This document shows, piece by piece, positions 1 through 10,528 of a stretch of 64,000 bases of DNA (positions are counted from its first letter, which is position 1; each line of letters starts with the position of its first letter). The position numbers were made by a program, and so were the translations under genes. This DNA is from a virus. Lineage: Duplodnaviria > Caudoviricetes. The notes beneath the pieces were generated by a model that was given only the letters and a program-made list of their open reading frames with translations, made no database searches and was not told the DNA's origin. Location of the stretch: positions 13,877-77,876 of the IMG/VR virus record IMGVR_UViG_2974704529_000001, one strand, 5' to 3'.

Positions 1-2106
1 CTTAACCAGGGCGAGATTGATCCGTCCATGCTGCCTGGTTTCGACGGTGGTGGTCTGGTTGATCTGATCCTGCCGGGTGCCGGTGCGGGTGCTCCTGCGG
101 GAGGTAACCGCTTCGACGCGGCTCCGTTGCCGATCAGTGGGTTTGGACCTAAGCCGCTGGCTCCGGTTCCGCCTGCGCCGCCTGGTGCATTCGATGCGCC
201 GACTCCACTGGATATGTTGCCTAAGCCGGTAATTCCGTTGCCTGACGTGACGAATCCTGGTCTCTACGACCCGACGAGCGGCAAGTACGGTGCTGCGCCA
301 GCGTCAGCGGTTCAGAAGCCACTTAAGCCGGGTGTCGATGGGGACAAGGGCGAGACGAGTGGGCCTAACGTGCCGCCAACCGATCCGCGTTCGCCTGGTT
401 ACGGCCAGCCGAATCACGGTTTGGGTGGTTCGCCGGGGCCGGGGAATGGCATCCCGCATTTGACGGGTGCTACGCCGGGGCCGGGCACGCCGACTGTGGC
501 GGGTCTGGCTGTGCCGGGGCTTACGCCTCAGGCGGGCGATCCTATGGGGCTGTCTGGCCTGCCGGATGAGTTGCAGCCGGTCAGCATTTTGGAGCAGATC
601 GGGGAGATTCTACTTAGCGCGGTATTGGGATTCTTTGGGATTGATCCAACGTATTTCAATATTGGCAAGCGAATCTTTACGGGCCTGACTGGTCAGGATA
701 AGGATAAGAAGAATAAGCCTCGGGAGGCTGACCCTCAGGTTCAGCAGATTATCGACGGCTATCCGACTGACCTAGGAACGCAGTATCCGTTTGTTGGTGC
801 GCTGAATGGTACGGGATCTTCGGCTTCGCAGCGTGCGGCGAATATGGCTGACCTTATGGCGGGTAAGCCTTACGTGTGGGGCGGTGCGGGCCTTGATGGC
901 ACGGACTGCTCGGGTCTGGTTATGTATGTGGCAGACGCGCTTAACGGTAAGCCTTTCGCAGGCCGTACGGGTGGTACCGGCGGGTTCGCGCAGGCCATTC
1001 CGGCTAAGGGTGGCGTGATCATTAGTGATCCGTCGCAAGCGCCGCCGAATAGTTACCGGATTGGCTGGAATGCTTCGCATACGGCGGCAACGCTGCCTGA
1101 TGGCCGGAACATTGAGTCAAGCACGTTTGGTAAGCCGATTGCGGTTGGGTCGGGGGCTTCGGGTTATAACGATCCGCAGTTCACGAACTGGGCGTACTTC
1201 CCGCTGCCTAGCTATGCCAGTGGAGGGTTCCTGAGTGGTGCCGGTACGGGCCGTTCAGATTCGATGCTGGCGCGTGTTAGTAACGGTGAGTTCATCACGC
1301 GTGCGGATTCGGTCGCTAAGTACGGTCGCGGCTTCATGGAGGCGATCAACTCGGGCCATATTGATCCGTCTGCGTTGCCAGGCTTTGCGCCTGGTGGTAT
1401 GCCGTTGCCTCCGGTGACTCCGTTGCCTAATCCTCAGCCAGCTCCACCGCCGCCAGTTGCGACGGCTGCGCCTCCTGGTGCGCCTAGCGATCCGGCTGCG
1501 GCTCCACCGCCTGAGCAGCCTGTCGTCCCTACGGAGACGGCAGAGCAGGCGCTTGGTGGGCTTGGTAACGCGCTGGCTGGTACTGGTGCCGGGCCGAGCG
1601 GGCAGATGCCGGGTGCGGCTGCGCCGGAAGGTGCAACGCCGGGTGTTGATCCTCGCTCTGTCGCGGGCCGTGCGCCGACGAACCTTGACCACAACAACCC
1701 TGCCTTGAGCAAGGGTATTCAGTCTGGGTTTGCGCATGTGGGCAGCTTGGTTGCTACGGCGGCGTCTATGGGCGCTGGCGCTGCGGGGGCTGCGGCTCCT
1801 GGCGCTGGCGCTGCGGGTGGCGCTGCGGGGGCTGGCATTCAGGCGGGCGCGCAGATTGCGGGGCAGGTCGCTAGCGGCGCTGTCAACATTCTGTCGAGCT
1901 TGCTGGTGGGCACGCTGTCTGGTGGTTCGTCACCTAACGCGTATGGCGCTCCGGTGCTGCCTCAGCAGCCGCAGGGTAGCGGTATGGGTGGACCGGCTGT
2001 GGTTAACAACTACGGCGATATCCACACGGCTTCTTATGACCAGTTCTATCAGGGTCAGCAGAGGCGTGAAGCTCAGACGCAGGCACCATTCCTGCCGATG
2101 AAGTAA
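1..2106 (+). CDS. Tape measure protein, C-terminal part (5' truncated), with an NlpC/P60-like peptidoglycan hydrolase module
   Basis: Frame is open from base 1. Pro/Gly/Ala-rich, contains KPYVWGG...DCSGLV, and lies directly upstream of the minor tail genes. Confidence 0.85.
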   Translation, partial: LNQGEIDPSMLPGFDGGGLVDLILPGAGAGAPAGGNRFDAAPLPISGFGPKPLAPVPPAPPGAFDAPTPLDMLPKPVIPLPDVTNPGLYDPTSGKYGAAPASAVQKPLKPGVDGDKGETSGPNVPPTDPRSPGYGQPNHGLGGSPGPGNGIPHLTGATPGPGTPTVAGLAVPGLTPQAGDPMGLSGLPDELQPVSILEQIGEILLSAVLGFFGIDPTYFNIGKRIFTGLTGQDKDKKNKPREADPQVQQIIDGYPTDLGTQYPFVGALNGTGSSASQRAANMADLMAGKPYVWGGAGLDGTDCSGLVMYVADALNGKPFAGRTGGTGGFAQAIPAKGGVIISDPSQAPPNSYRIGWNASHTAATLPDGRNIESSTFGKPIAVGSGASGYNDPQFTNWAYFPLPSYASGGFLSGAGTGRSDSMLARVSNGEFITRADSVAKYGRGFMEAINSGHIDPSALPGFAPGGMPLPPVTPLPNPQPAPPPPVATAAPPGAPSDPAAAPPPEQPVVPTETAEQALGGLGNALAGTGAGPSGQMPGAAAPEGATPGVDPRSVAGRAPTNLDHNNPALSKGIQSGFAHVGSLVATAASMGAGAAGAAAPGAGAAGGAAGAGIQAGAQIAGQVASGAVNILSSLLVGTLSGGSSPNAYGAPVLPQQPQGSGMGGPAVVNNYGDIHTASYDQFYQGQQRREAQTQAPFLPMK

Positions 2107-2123
2107 AACACTCTAAGGACGGG

Positions 2124-2174
2124 TTAGCCCCGCTCGAATGTCGGTACTAATCCGGTGGCCGGGCGGGGCTTTCT
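2124..2174 (+). terminator. Hairpin after tape measure gene
   Basis: AGCCCCGCTC pairs with GGGCGGGGCT, followed by TTCTC. Confidence 0.45.
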
Positions 2175-2195
2175 CGTTAGAAAGACAACTGAATA

Positions 2196-3110
2196 GTGAG
2201 CGATTACGTCAAGATTACTTTGACGGGTCGGGATGGTTCTACCTGGTGCTTGTCTGGCGCTGGCGCGGGTCGAGAGGGCGTAACCCTTTCCCCGAATGTC
2301 CAGAATCTTATTGATGCGCCGGTTAAGACTTTGTGGACGCCCGGCCCCTTCGGAGAGCAGTACGCCGGTAAGCGTGTGCGTCGGCGCGAGGTCATTTTCT
2401 CTGTCCAGGTTGGACATGAGGGATGGGACCCCGATACGTGGGCCACGGTTGATTCGCGTTGGCGGTGGGCCTGGGATTACGACCAGGAATGCACGCTAAC
2501 TGTCGAAACTAGCGACGGTATCCGGAACCTTAAGCTCCGGCTGCTAGAGGAACCTAAGGCTTACGGGACGAAAGACCCGTTCCTTACTGGCGACTGCGAA
2601 GTGATGATGACGACGGTCGCTGAGTTTCCGTATTGGGTTAGTGAGCCGGACGTTTTCATTTGGAAAACGCCGAACCTTGCGGACCGCACGACGGTGTTTG
2701 TCGCCAATAACGGCGATGTGCCGGTGTGGCTGCGGTGGACGTTCACTGCGCCTGGTACGTGGACGATTCCTGATTTTTCGTGGGAAAACGACATGTTTGC
2801 GCGCGGTGAAATGGACCGGGGCCGAACGCTTGTGCTGCCTGAGCTTAAGCAGGGCGAGCACCTTACGGTCGATTCAGACCCGCGTGTGCAGACGATTGTG
2901 GCCGCTAATGATTCGCCTGTTCAGCACAGGTGGAAGGGCAATGACCTGCTGTACCCGCTGATGCCGGGTAAGAGCGGGGAGATTCCGGTCGGGTTCAGGG
3001 CTAAGCCTACTGAGCCGGGGTCTGAGAACGGTGGCGCTTTCAAGCTGACTGTTCCTAAGTGGTATTCGCGTCCGTGGTCGCGTCCGCATGTGATTCGGAC
3101 GGTGTACTAA
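2196..3110 (+). CDS. Minor tail protein (distal tail type)
   Basis: First gene after the tape measure gene; ITLTGRDGS and WRWAWDYD motifs typical of mycobacteriophage minor tail proteins. Confidence 0.85.
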   Translation: MSDYVKITLTGRDGSTWCLSGAGAGREGVTLSPNVQNLIDAPVKTLWTPGPFGEQYAGKRVRRREVIFSVQVGHEGWDPDTWATVDSRWRWAWDYDQECTLTVETSDGIRNLKLRLLEEPKAYGTKDPFLTGDCEVMMTTVAEFPYWVSEPDVFIWKTPNLADRTTVFVANNGDVPVWLRWTFTAPGTWTIPDFSWENDMFARGEMDRGRTLVLPELKQGEHLTVDSDPRVQTIVAANDSPVQHRWKGNDLLYPLMPGKSGEIPVGFRAKPTEPGSENGGAFKLTVPKWYSRPWSRPHVIRTVY

Positions 3111-4844
3111 ATGTGGCAGGACAGTGACCTTTGGGAGATTGACAAGTCTTGCGATTACTACCGTGGTCGGCACGAGTCGATGCGGAAGGCGCACCCGCTA
3201 ATCCGGATTTGGATTAACGATCCAGAGAATAGTCATGGCGCTGTCTGTGTCGGGCGGATCGACTTTACGGACACCATTAAGGGTTCATTTCCTTTTAAGA
3301 ACAACACGGCCACTCAAGGCGTGTTGCAGATTCGAGACGATCATTACATTGCGGTGTTCCTTAAGCGGTTGCCGCAGGATCAGCGCTATCAGAAGAACGT
3401 AATGATCACGGTCGACTTTTACGGCGGCGCTAAGCGTTGGTCGGGGTTGCTGGATAAGTGGAACATTAAGACCACTGAGGATGGCGCAAAGTATTTCGAG
3501 ATGACGTTTCAGGACGACCTCACTTACTTGCAGTACCTTTTGGCACCGCCTAATCCGTTCCTGCCGATTCCGATTTTCCAATTCCCGCGCATGTTCATGC
3601 TGGCTGGCCCTAGCAAGTGGGCTATTTCGATGCTCATTCTGCTTAACCTGCTAAGGGTTGAGGGCAACCTTTGGGAGCTACCGGACGACCCGTTTGACCC
3701 TGAGGAGTGGGACCAGATTCTTGATTGGTCCGACTGGCAGGTTCACATTAAGGGTTCGCCGTGGCTAATTGACGACTCGTCTATGTGGACGTTCCTGTCC
3801 GCGCGTATGAACCCGGTGGACGCGGTTATCGCTGATGCACTGGATGACTGCCAGCTCACGATGACGTACCGGCGAGTTCTGACCGATGACGGCGAGGTCG
3901 CGGACGGCCTGATGGGCATTGCGGACGGCACGCGCGTTAAGAACGGTGCGCTCGTTTTCGAGGTTGTCGATAACTCTAACGCGCACGCTTTCGACGGCAC
4001 GTTCCTATCGGGGACGGTCATTGACGGTTTCGCGCGGTCGCTAATCACGTACGGCGGCGGGTTTGTTGAGGATGTGTTTAACCAGGTCGGGGAGGACTCG
4101 ACGCTGCATCCGGACGAGTATTACCAGTCTGGGTGGTTGGGCACTATCGCTAAGCAGCCGTGGCTAGTTATTCGTGATAGCGAGTGGACGCCGATTACGT
4201 CGTCTGATATGTCGTGGGGTCCGTCTAAGAACGTTTCCGTTGTTGTGGGTGGTGATAACCCGGCGGCGGACGCCATTGCAAAGCTGATCATTGAGACGAC
4301 TGGCGCGCTCATTGGGTACTTCCTACTAGCTGGATTCTCCGGCTTGGGGAGTATCGCGGCGGACGTGATTATGCCGTTCCTTGTGGGGACCATCGCGGCC
4401 TGGCTGCAATGGAAGAACACTGGGCGAGCTAACGCGCTTGGCTGGATGCACTACTGGGAGCTGTACCAGGCCGGTGCCGAGAATAACTCTTGGTCCCTGG
4501 CTGCGCTTAGCGCGCTGCGTGGTGGGTTCCTGGTGGGCAAGTCGGAGACGACTCATCTAGTGGCGTTGCATGATTCGTGGGCCATTCCTGGTTTGCATTT
4601 CGATGTGGGTCACCGGATTGGTACGACGGTGGATTCGCCGGGCGTGCAGGACATCGTTTGGGTTAACCAGGTCGAGGAAATGGTTGCGGAGTGGGATAAC
4701 TCCGGCGACGGTCAGCCGTATGCGTGGGTCATTAAGGCCGGTAAGTCGCAGCGGAACATGAGCATTGGCGAGCGGTTGGCGCGGCTTTCAAAGAAGTTCC
4801 TAGATGCAATTAACAACGTTGGCGTTCACCTTGTTCAGGGTTAA
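3111..4844 (+). CDS. Minor tail protein (baseplate hub type)
   Basis: 577 aa; LAPPNPFLP...QFPR motif and synteny. Confidence 0.85.
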   Translation: MWQDSDLWEIDKSCDYYRGRHESMRKAHPLIRIWINDPENSHGAVCVGRIDFTDTIKGSFPFKNNTATQGVLQIRDDHYIAVFLKRLPQDQRYQKNVMITVDFYGGAKRWSGLLDKWNIKTTEDGAKYFEMTFQDDLTYLQYLLAPPNPFLPIPIFQFPRMFMLAGPSKWAISMLILLNLLRVEGNLWELPDDPFDPEEWDQILDWSDWQVHIKGSPWLIDDSSMWTFLSARMNPVDAVIADALDDCQLTMTYRRVLTDDGEVADGLMGIADGTRVKNGALVFEVVDNSNAHAFDGTFLSGTVIDGFARSLITYGGGFVEDVFNQVGEDSTLHPDEYYQSGWLGTIAKQPWLVIRDSEWTPITSSDMSWGPSKNVSVVVGGDNPAADAIAKLIIETTGALIGYFLLAGFSGLGSIAADVIMPFLVGTIAAWLQWKNTGRANALGWMHYWELYQAGAENNSWSLAALSALRGGFLVGKSETTHLVALHDSWAIPGLHFDVGHRIGTTVDSPGVQDIVWVNQVEEMVAEWDNSGDGQPYAWVIKAGKSQRNMSIGERLARLSKKFLDAINNVGVHLVQG

Positions 4845-4868
4845 GGCCAGCTTAGGGGGAGATAAGTA

Positions 4869-5366
4869 ATGCTATCGCAGAACGAATGCGACATGGAGAA
4901 TCCGGAAGAGTTTGCGGCGTGGGCGTTCGCTGCGGGGGTACCTGACCCTCGCGGCGAACGTTACCCGAATCAGCCTTTGATTCCTGCGAAGTGCTTTAAG
5001 GGCTTGTCGCAGATGCTTTGGGATTTCGGTTTCCGTTGGCATGAGGATAAGCAGGCTAAGTGGGTTAGTCCTCGCACCGGGCCGACGCGCAACTTTGAGG
5101 CGTGGGGCAGTACGGATATCAAGCCTGAGGACGTTATGAGTGACGTTGCTCAGATGGCGGTTGAGGAGTTCCCGCAGATCGCGGCGAAGGTCGCGGCGGT
5201 GACGCCGGAGAAGCACCAGGAAGCGCTTGAGGAAGCGACTAAGGACTTGCTTAGCAAGATCGAGCGTCTTAATGAGGCGCGGTCGCGTATGGAGAGTCGT
5301 TTGGCTGAGCGCGAGGACCGGGAGGTAACTCCGGAAGCGGAGGCGGTCGATGGCGGGTCTGCCTAG
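4869..5366 (+). CDS. Minor tail-associated protein (DUF2744-like)
   Basis: PEEFAAWAF...SQMLWDFGFRWH motif and synteny. Confidence 0.75.
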   Translation: MLSQNECDMENPEEFAAWAFAAGVPDPRGERYPNQPLIPAKCFKGLSQMLWDFGFRWHEDKQAKWVSPRTGPTRNFEAWGSTDIKPEDVMSDVAQMAVEEFPQIAAKVAAVTPEKHQEALEEATKDLLSKIERLNEARSRMESRLAEREDREVTPEAEAVDGGSA

Positions 5367-7146
5367 TGGTGGTGCGGGTCTAGACGACCCCAAGTATGTA
5401 ATTCAGAACACGGTCAAGGCGCTCGCGCAGCGGACGCAGGCCAATGTTGAGGCTGAGCACCGGGCGGCAATTGAGGACGCGGGCAATCCGCTGTCTCCGG
5501 CTATGACGTTTTTCTTTAACACGATCATGGGCGGCTTTCAGACGCTAAGCAATTTTCTTGAGCAGATCATTCAGGCCATCACTGGCGCTGCTAATGGCAC
5601 GCTAGCCACGCTTTCGAGCTTCGTTACGGGCGTCGTGACCGACGTTGGTAATGCGCTGGGCTGGCTGGCTGATCTGGTGGACGATCTGTGGAACAACGCG
5701 GCGTCGGTGATCGGGTCTATCCCGCAGACGCTTGTGTCGGGCCTACAGAGCGCGCTTAACGGCATTAACAACACGATCCAGGCGGTTATCGAAGGCATCA
5801 TTGGCGCTATTCGGGGTATCCCGTTGGTGGGTGCTGGGATTGCTGATCTGGTGTCGATCCTTACGGGTTACCGGGAGGGTGTTGAGACTGATCAGGTTGT
5901 TCAGCAGAACCTAACGATTTCGTCTACGAGTTCGGTGCAGCGGCAGCCCGCTTGGGCGTCGTCTTATCCGATTTCGGCGGTGACGTATCCGGCGATCCTG
6001 CATTCGGATTTCACGGTCTATGCGGAGACGGTGGGGCCTGCTACGGCGGGTACTGCGCACTCGCATGAGATTCGTGGGTCGACTGATGATGCTTACGCTA
6101 TTGCGCCGTTTTGGGCGTGTGAGCAGAACGGCAGCTTGGGCGGGTTTGTTACTGCGTCTGAGGATACGGTGTTCTCCAAGTTTGGCCTGGTGATCTTCGC
6201 GGACACGACTCCGGTTCCTGCTGGGACGGTCTATTTCGAGGTCTACCGCGAGCAGCCGGGCGGCAGTTTGGAACGGCTGACGCAGACGGATATCTCGGCG
6301 AACATCACCAATACGAGCAAGCTTCTGGTATTGCAGTGGACGGACTTCCGGATCGTTGCGCGCCGGGGCGAGCGGTACCTACTGCGGATTAAGAACACGT
6401 CGAGTCCTAACGTCGTGCCGCGTTTGCGTGGCCTTGCGTGGGGCACTGGTGTTCCGGAGATTCAGTGGGAGACGACGACCGCTGCCAACACGAACAAGAC
6501 GACCTACACGGCGGCGGAAGCGGCTGCGGTTATCTCCACGTCAGGTATTACGCCGTGGCTGATGCTGGCGGCTGAGGAAACCGATATCCCTGAGGCGCGG
6601 ACGTGGGCAGACGACTTTAACCGCCCTGAGCTGGGCTACTTGTGGAACCACAGCAAGACGGATAACGGCGATCTGGTCATTGCGGCTAACAAGCTGACGT
6701 ACGGCGGGACCACTAACGGTTTCCAGCAGGCTTTGTATATCCATCCGTTGGCTACGGACAAGTTCAAGCTAACGGCTGAGGTTTCAAACCTTGGCGGTAC
6801 CGGCCAGGTGTATTTCATGTGCGCTGGTGGCCGCAATAACAATGTGTCGGCGGTGCTGGCTATTGGCACGACTGGTGTGTCTATTCAGACCTTGATCGGC
6901 ACGACGGTGACGGTGCGAGCGCAGGTGCTCAGGGTTAATAACGCGGGTCGGTACACGTTTACGTATGACCCGGCGTCTAAGACGTACAACGTTCTGCTTA
7001 ACGATCAGCCTATCGGGCTGTCATGGACCGACAGTGGCAACTTGCTAGATAAGGGTGTCCAGTTCCGGTATTTCCAGATTCAGATTCAGCGCGTTAGTGG
7101 CGTTAATGGGGGGCAGGTGGACAATTGGGTGATTCAGGACAACTAA
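5350..7146 (+). CDS. Minor tail protein
   Basis: Amphipathic helical N-terminus, C-terminal beta-rich WADDFNR domain, synteny. Confidence 0.8.
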   Translation: MAGLPSGGAGLDDPKYVIQNTVKALAQRTQANVEAEHRAAIEDAGNPLSPAMTFFFNTIMGGFQTLSNFLEQIIQAITGAANGTLATLSSFVTGVVTDVGNALGWLADLVDDLWNNAASVIGSIPQTLVSGLQSALNGINNTIQAVIEGIIGAIRGIPLVGAGIADLVSILTGYREGVETDQVVQQNLTISSTSSVQRQPAWASSYPISAVTYPAILHSDFTVYAETVGPATAGTAHSHEIRGSTDDAYAIAPFWACEQNGSLGGFVTASEDTVFSKFGLVIFADTTPVPAGTVYFEVYREQPGGSLERLTQTDISANITNTSKLLVLQWTDFRIVARRGERYLLRIKNTSSPNVVPRLRGLAWGTGVPEIQWETTTAANTNKTTYTAAEAAAVISTSGITPWLMLAAEETDIPEARTWADDFNRPELGYLWNHSKTDNGDLVIAANKLTYGGTTNGFQQALYIHPLATDKFKLTAEVSNLGGTGQVYFMCAGGRNNNVSAVLAIGTTGVSIQTLIGTTVTVRAQVLRVNNAGRYTFTYDPASKTYNVLLNDQPIGLSWTDSGNLLDKGVQFRYFQIQIQRVSGVNGGQVDNWVIQDN

Positions 7147-7151
7147 GCAAG

Positions 7152-7322
7152 ATGGGTGTTTACGTGCCAGACAAGGGCACGGAGGCGGTTCCCGATGATG
7201 TGCCACAGAAGCCGTCCATTAAGGAACCGATTCTTTCCGCGAGTGCAGAGGTTCGTCAGCAGATCGCCGAGGCCACCCTTAAGCGCGCTAGGGCCGAGAA
7301 AGGGGGGCTAAGTGTCGCTTAA
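7152..7322 (+). CDS. Small hypothetical protein in tail module
   Basis: ATG at 7152; fills the gap between tail genes and overlaps the next start. Confidence 0.55.
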   Translation: MGVYVPDKGTEAVPDDVPQKPSIKEPILSASAEVRQQIAEATLKRARAEKGGLSVA

Positions 7323-7587
7323 GAAGTTCACGCAAGACCCAGATGAAGTATTGGACTACACGATTGATTGGTCGGAGTGGCTGGCTGAGGGTGACACGAT
7401 CACCGAAGTTACGGCTACTCCGGCTTCTGGGATCACGGTTGATTCCACTTCTTTCACGGTTAGTTCTACGACCATTTGGGTTTCTGGTGGCGCTGCTGGT
7501 CAGCGTTACGACATTAGCGTGCATGTGGTTACTAACGGCGGGCGTGAGGGTGACCGGTCGATCACGATTGAGATTAAGGAGAAGTAG
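7312..7587 (+). CDS. Fibre-tail adaptor-like virion protein
   Basis: KDPD/QDPDEVLDYTIDWSEWL-type motif. Confidence 0.7.
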   Translation: MSLKKFTQDPDEVLDYTIDWSEWLAEGDTITEVTATPASGITVDSTSFTVSSTTIWVSGGAAGQRYDISVHVVTNGGREGDRSITIEIKEK

Positions 7588-7671
7588 TGACGAACCCGGT
7601 TTTCACTCTGGTGGCTTATGCCACTGCGGAGGTCACTCCGGCTAATACACAACTAAATATGGAGGACGGTA

Positions 7672-8058
7672 ATGACGGTCGGGATTCACACGGTCAACCT
7701 GGCGAATAAGTGGCTTGGCATCCTGCGGGGTACGGCTTTCACTGCGCCTACTGGCATTTATATTCAGCTTCATAAGGGCGATCCTGGCGGGGCTGGCACG
7801 GCCAACCTTTCAGCGGTGACGACGCGGGCGCTGGCGACTTTCGCGGCTCCTGCCTCGGGCGCTATCGCGCTTACGGGCACTAACCCGTCGTGGACGATGA
7901 CGGCCACGGAGACGATCACGCATATCAGCGTGTGGGACGCGTCGACCAGCGGAAACTTTCTGTGGTCGGCGGTGCTGGCTGCGTCTAAGAACGTGCAGTC
8001 GGGTGACACGTTGACGCTTACTACGTGCGGGCTGTCGCTGGGCGCTTTGGCGGCTTAA
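7672..8058 (+). CDS. Tail fibre/minor tail protein
   Basis: YIQLHKGDPG...WDASTSGNFL motif; GGAGG RBS upstream. Confidence 0.75.
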   Translation: MTVGIHTVNLANKWLGILRGTAFTAPTGIYIQLHKGDPGGAGTANLSAVTTRALATFAAPASGAIALTGTNPSWTMTATETITHISVWDASTSGNFLWSAVLAASKNVQSGDTLTLTTCGLSLGALAA

Positions 8059-10347
8059 ATGGCTATCGCGTTCAACGCGGCCACCGTTGGGAATATCACC
8101 CCTTCTGGGCGGACCGCTTCTGTTACGCATACAGCTAATGGCTCTAACCGGGCCGTAATCGTTATGGTCGTCGGTGGGTGCGGGCCAAGCAATGAACAAC
8201 CTTGGGGCAATGGCGATTCCGAGGGTTTGACCTGCACCTACGGCGGTTCGGCTATGACCCTGTTGGGCCATATCGGCACTAACGCGGGCACTTTCGGTGG
8301 TGTGGCGTTCTTCGGGATGCTTAACCCGCCCACTGGTGTGCAGACCGTCGCGTTCTCTAAGACGAACAACACGTGGTCGTTGCGGGCGGCGGCTATGTCG
8401 TATACCGGGGTGGCGAGCTTCGGGGCTGCGTCTGCGACTTACGGGACTGGCTCGGGGGCCGGGCTGGGAATGACTGTCTCGGCTGCCGTGGGTGAGGTTG
8501 TCGCTCAGGCGTTTGTAACGCTCCTGGGCACGGTTTCGAGTTGGTCGGCTACCGGCGGTGGCACGCAGCGCCAGATCGTTAATGCTACCGATTCTGGCGG
8601 TGGCGCTTACGGGGTGTTCGGAGATGCGCCGGGCGCAGCGTTGGTTGCGTTCAGTGGAACGCGTACCACTTCGGGTGATCAGTATGCGGCGGCTGCGGTT
8701 CGTCTATTGCCTGCGGAGGGCGGCGAACCGGAGAACCCTGGCGAGCTGGCGACGTTCTCAACCACTGGGCCTTATACGTATGACATTCCGTCGTGGGCTA
8801 CCCATGTCGATGTCATTGCGATTGGTGGCGGCGGTGGTGGTGCTGGCGGCGCTAACGTCGGTAACGGCGATGGTCAGGGCGGTAGCGCTGGCACGTGGCA
8901 GTCGTTGACTGTTAAGCGCGGTGTTGATATTCCGTCGGGTGTTACGCAGATTACGGGCGTCGTCGGGACTGGCGGTACGGCTGGTGGTTCAGGTAACGGC
9001 TCTGGCGGTGGCGGTAATGCGTCGACTGCCTTAGCTTCTGGGCTTAGCGTTTCGGCTGCCGGTGGTGGTGGCGGTTCGGGCACTAACCCTGCTGGCGGCC
9101 AGACGACGTATGGCAAGTCGCCGGGGAATCGGGTCTTTAACGGCCAGACCTATACGGGTGGTGCGCAGGCTGGCACGTCGAATAACCCAAGCGGCACCGG
9201 TACGACGGGCAATGCTCCCGGCGGCGGTGGCGAAGGTGGCGGTGGCGTTCTGTTTGGAACCGGCTCGAATGGTGGCCCTGGTGGTGCCGGGCGGGTGTTC
9301 TTCTACGCGTATCGCGTGGGTGTCGACTACGACGGCCAGGCTTCGCTTGCTGTGGTGGTGTCCACGGAGGCGTCTGCCACGCTGCGGGCGGTAGCGCAGG
9401 CGGTTTTGGCGGTGGACGCGGTTACGTCGTCTGTCGTTTCACATGGACAGGCCATAGAGGCGTCTCTAAGCGTCTCAGCGGACCCAGACGATGTGGCCCG
9501 GTATGACGCCCTCGGTAACACCGATTTGTTCCTAGATGTGGCTTTCACGGCTTCTGGCATGAAAACCCTGAACGGAATTGCGGTGCTGTCACTGACGGCG
9601 GATACGTGGGCTGACGTTACGGAGTTCAGCGTGGCTGATGCGGAGCTGTCTGTGGTCGCTGACATGTCGGCGGACGTTTCGCAGTGGCAGCCGCTTAGTG
9701 GGTCGCTGGCGGTCGGGGTTACGCCTACGGGTGAAATGTCGCAGGGCCAGGACGTGGGCGCTGATCTTGAGGCCATCGTGTCGCCTACGGCGGCGATGCT
9801 TTACGAGGGCGCGGTGCGGGCGAACCTGGTGGTTAACGCAACGTTCGTGGCGGTCGCGGAGCGGGATGCTCCGGTGGACGCGGACCTGGCTGTGGTGGTG
9901 GTCGGTACGGCTGACGCTTCGTCGGGGCCGGTCGCTGGCTCGGGCCTGGCGGTGGTTGTGACGACTACGGCGGTGATGCAGCGCACGCAGTACGTGGACG
10001 CGGACCTGTCGCTGAGCGCTATCACAGACGGCGAGCTGTCCGCGAGCTTCGGCATTGATGCCGTCCTAGAGCTGGTCGCTAACGCGTCGGTTTACTTCGG
10101 CTCAGTCCGCGAAATTGTGGTGGTGCCTTTCCATGATCGGCACGCGGTTGTGCCTGAGAGTCCGCGCTTAGTGGAGGTTAACGGCGAGCTGCGCCTAATC
10201 AAGGCTGATGGCGATTACCGCATTGTGGGTGTGCCTGAGGTTGAGCGTGTGGTTTTGGTCGGCGAATCGGATAGGTCCGCGCTGGTGGCCCCTGCCGATA
10301 GGTGGGTTCAGGTCGCGCCGGTACCTAAGGCGGTGGCGGTGCGCTAA
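8059..10347 (+). CDS. Minor tail protein with glycine-rich domain and repeated beta segments
   Basis: IGGGGGG glycine-rich domain followed by repeated L-x-V-x-A segments. Confidence 0.8.
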   Translation: MAIAFNAATVGNITPSGRTASVTHTANGSNRAVIVMVVGGCGPSNEQPWGNGDSEGLTCTYGGSAMTLLGHIGTNAGTFGGVAFFGMLNPPTGVQTVAFSKTNNTWSLRAAAMSYTGVASFGAASATYGTGSGAGLGMTVSAAVGEVVAQAFVTLLGTVSSWSATGGGTQRQIVNATDSGGGAYGVFGDAPGAALVAFSGTRTTSGDQYAAAAVRLLPAEGGEPENPGELATFSTTGPYTYDIPSWATHVDVIAIGGGGGGAGGANVGNGDGQGGSAGTWQSLTVKRGVDIPSGVTQITGVVGTGGTAGGSGNGSGGGGNASTALASGLSVSAAGGGGGSGTNPAGGQTTYGKSPGNRVFNGQTYTGGAQAGTSNNPSGTGTTGNAPGGGGEGGGGVLFGTGSNGGPGGAGRVFFYAYRVGVDYDGQASLAVVVSTEASATLRAVAQAVLAVDAVTSSVVSHGQAIEASLSVSADPDDVARYDALGNTDLFLDVAFTASGMKTLNGIAVLSLTADTWADVTEFSVADAELSVVADMSADVSQWQPLSGSLAVGVTPTGEMSQGQDVGADLEAIVSPTAAMLYEGAVRANLVVNATFVAVAERDAPVDADLAVVVVGTADASSGPVAGSGLAVVVTTTAVMQRTQYVDADLSLSAITDGELSASFGIDAVLELVANASVYFGSVREIVVVPFHDRHAVVPESPRLVEVNGELRLIKADGDYRIVGVPEVERVVLVGESDRSALVAPADRWVQVAPVPKAVAVR

Positions 10348-10384
10348 GGCCGCTTAATAACTAAATAGAGGGGGTCCAATGATT

Positions 10385-10528
10385 ATGGATCACGCGGGGG
10401 AGCCGGAGGTTCGCTGCGTTGCATGTGGCGACCGCAGTGTGGACCATCCCACTTTCAAGCATAGGGCTTGGAATTGGTTGGCGGCTTCCGAGGCTTTCGT
10501 GCGGTTTCACCTAGGGCGGGTGCTCTAG
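10385..10528 (+). CDS. 47-aa hypothetical protein (CxxC)
   Basis: Translated manually (MDHAGEPEVRCVACGDR...); GAGGGG RBS; stop abuts the next start codon. Confidence 0.55.
   Translation: MDHAGEPEVRCVACGDRSVDHPTFKHRAWNWLAASEAFVRFHLGRVL

Noticed and set aside
9330-10347. Repeats in the long minor tail protein as a novel system
   Set aside because: These degenerate beta-strand repeats are ordinary for mycobacteriophage tail proteins, and no DGR-type template/variable repeat pair or reverse transcriptase was seen.
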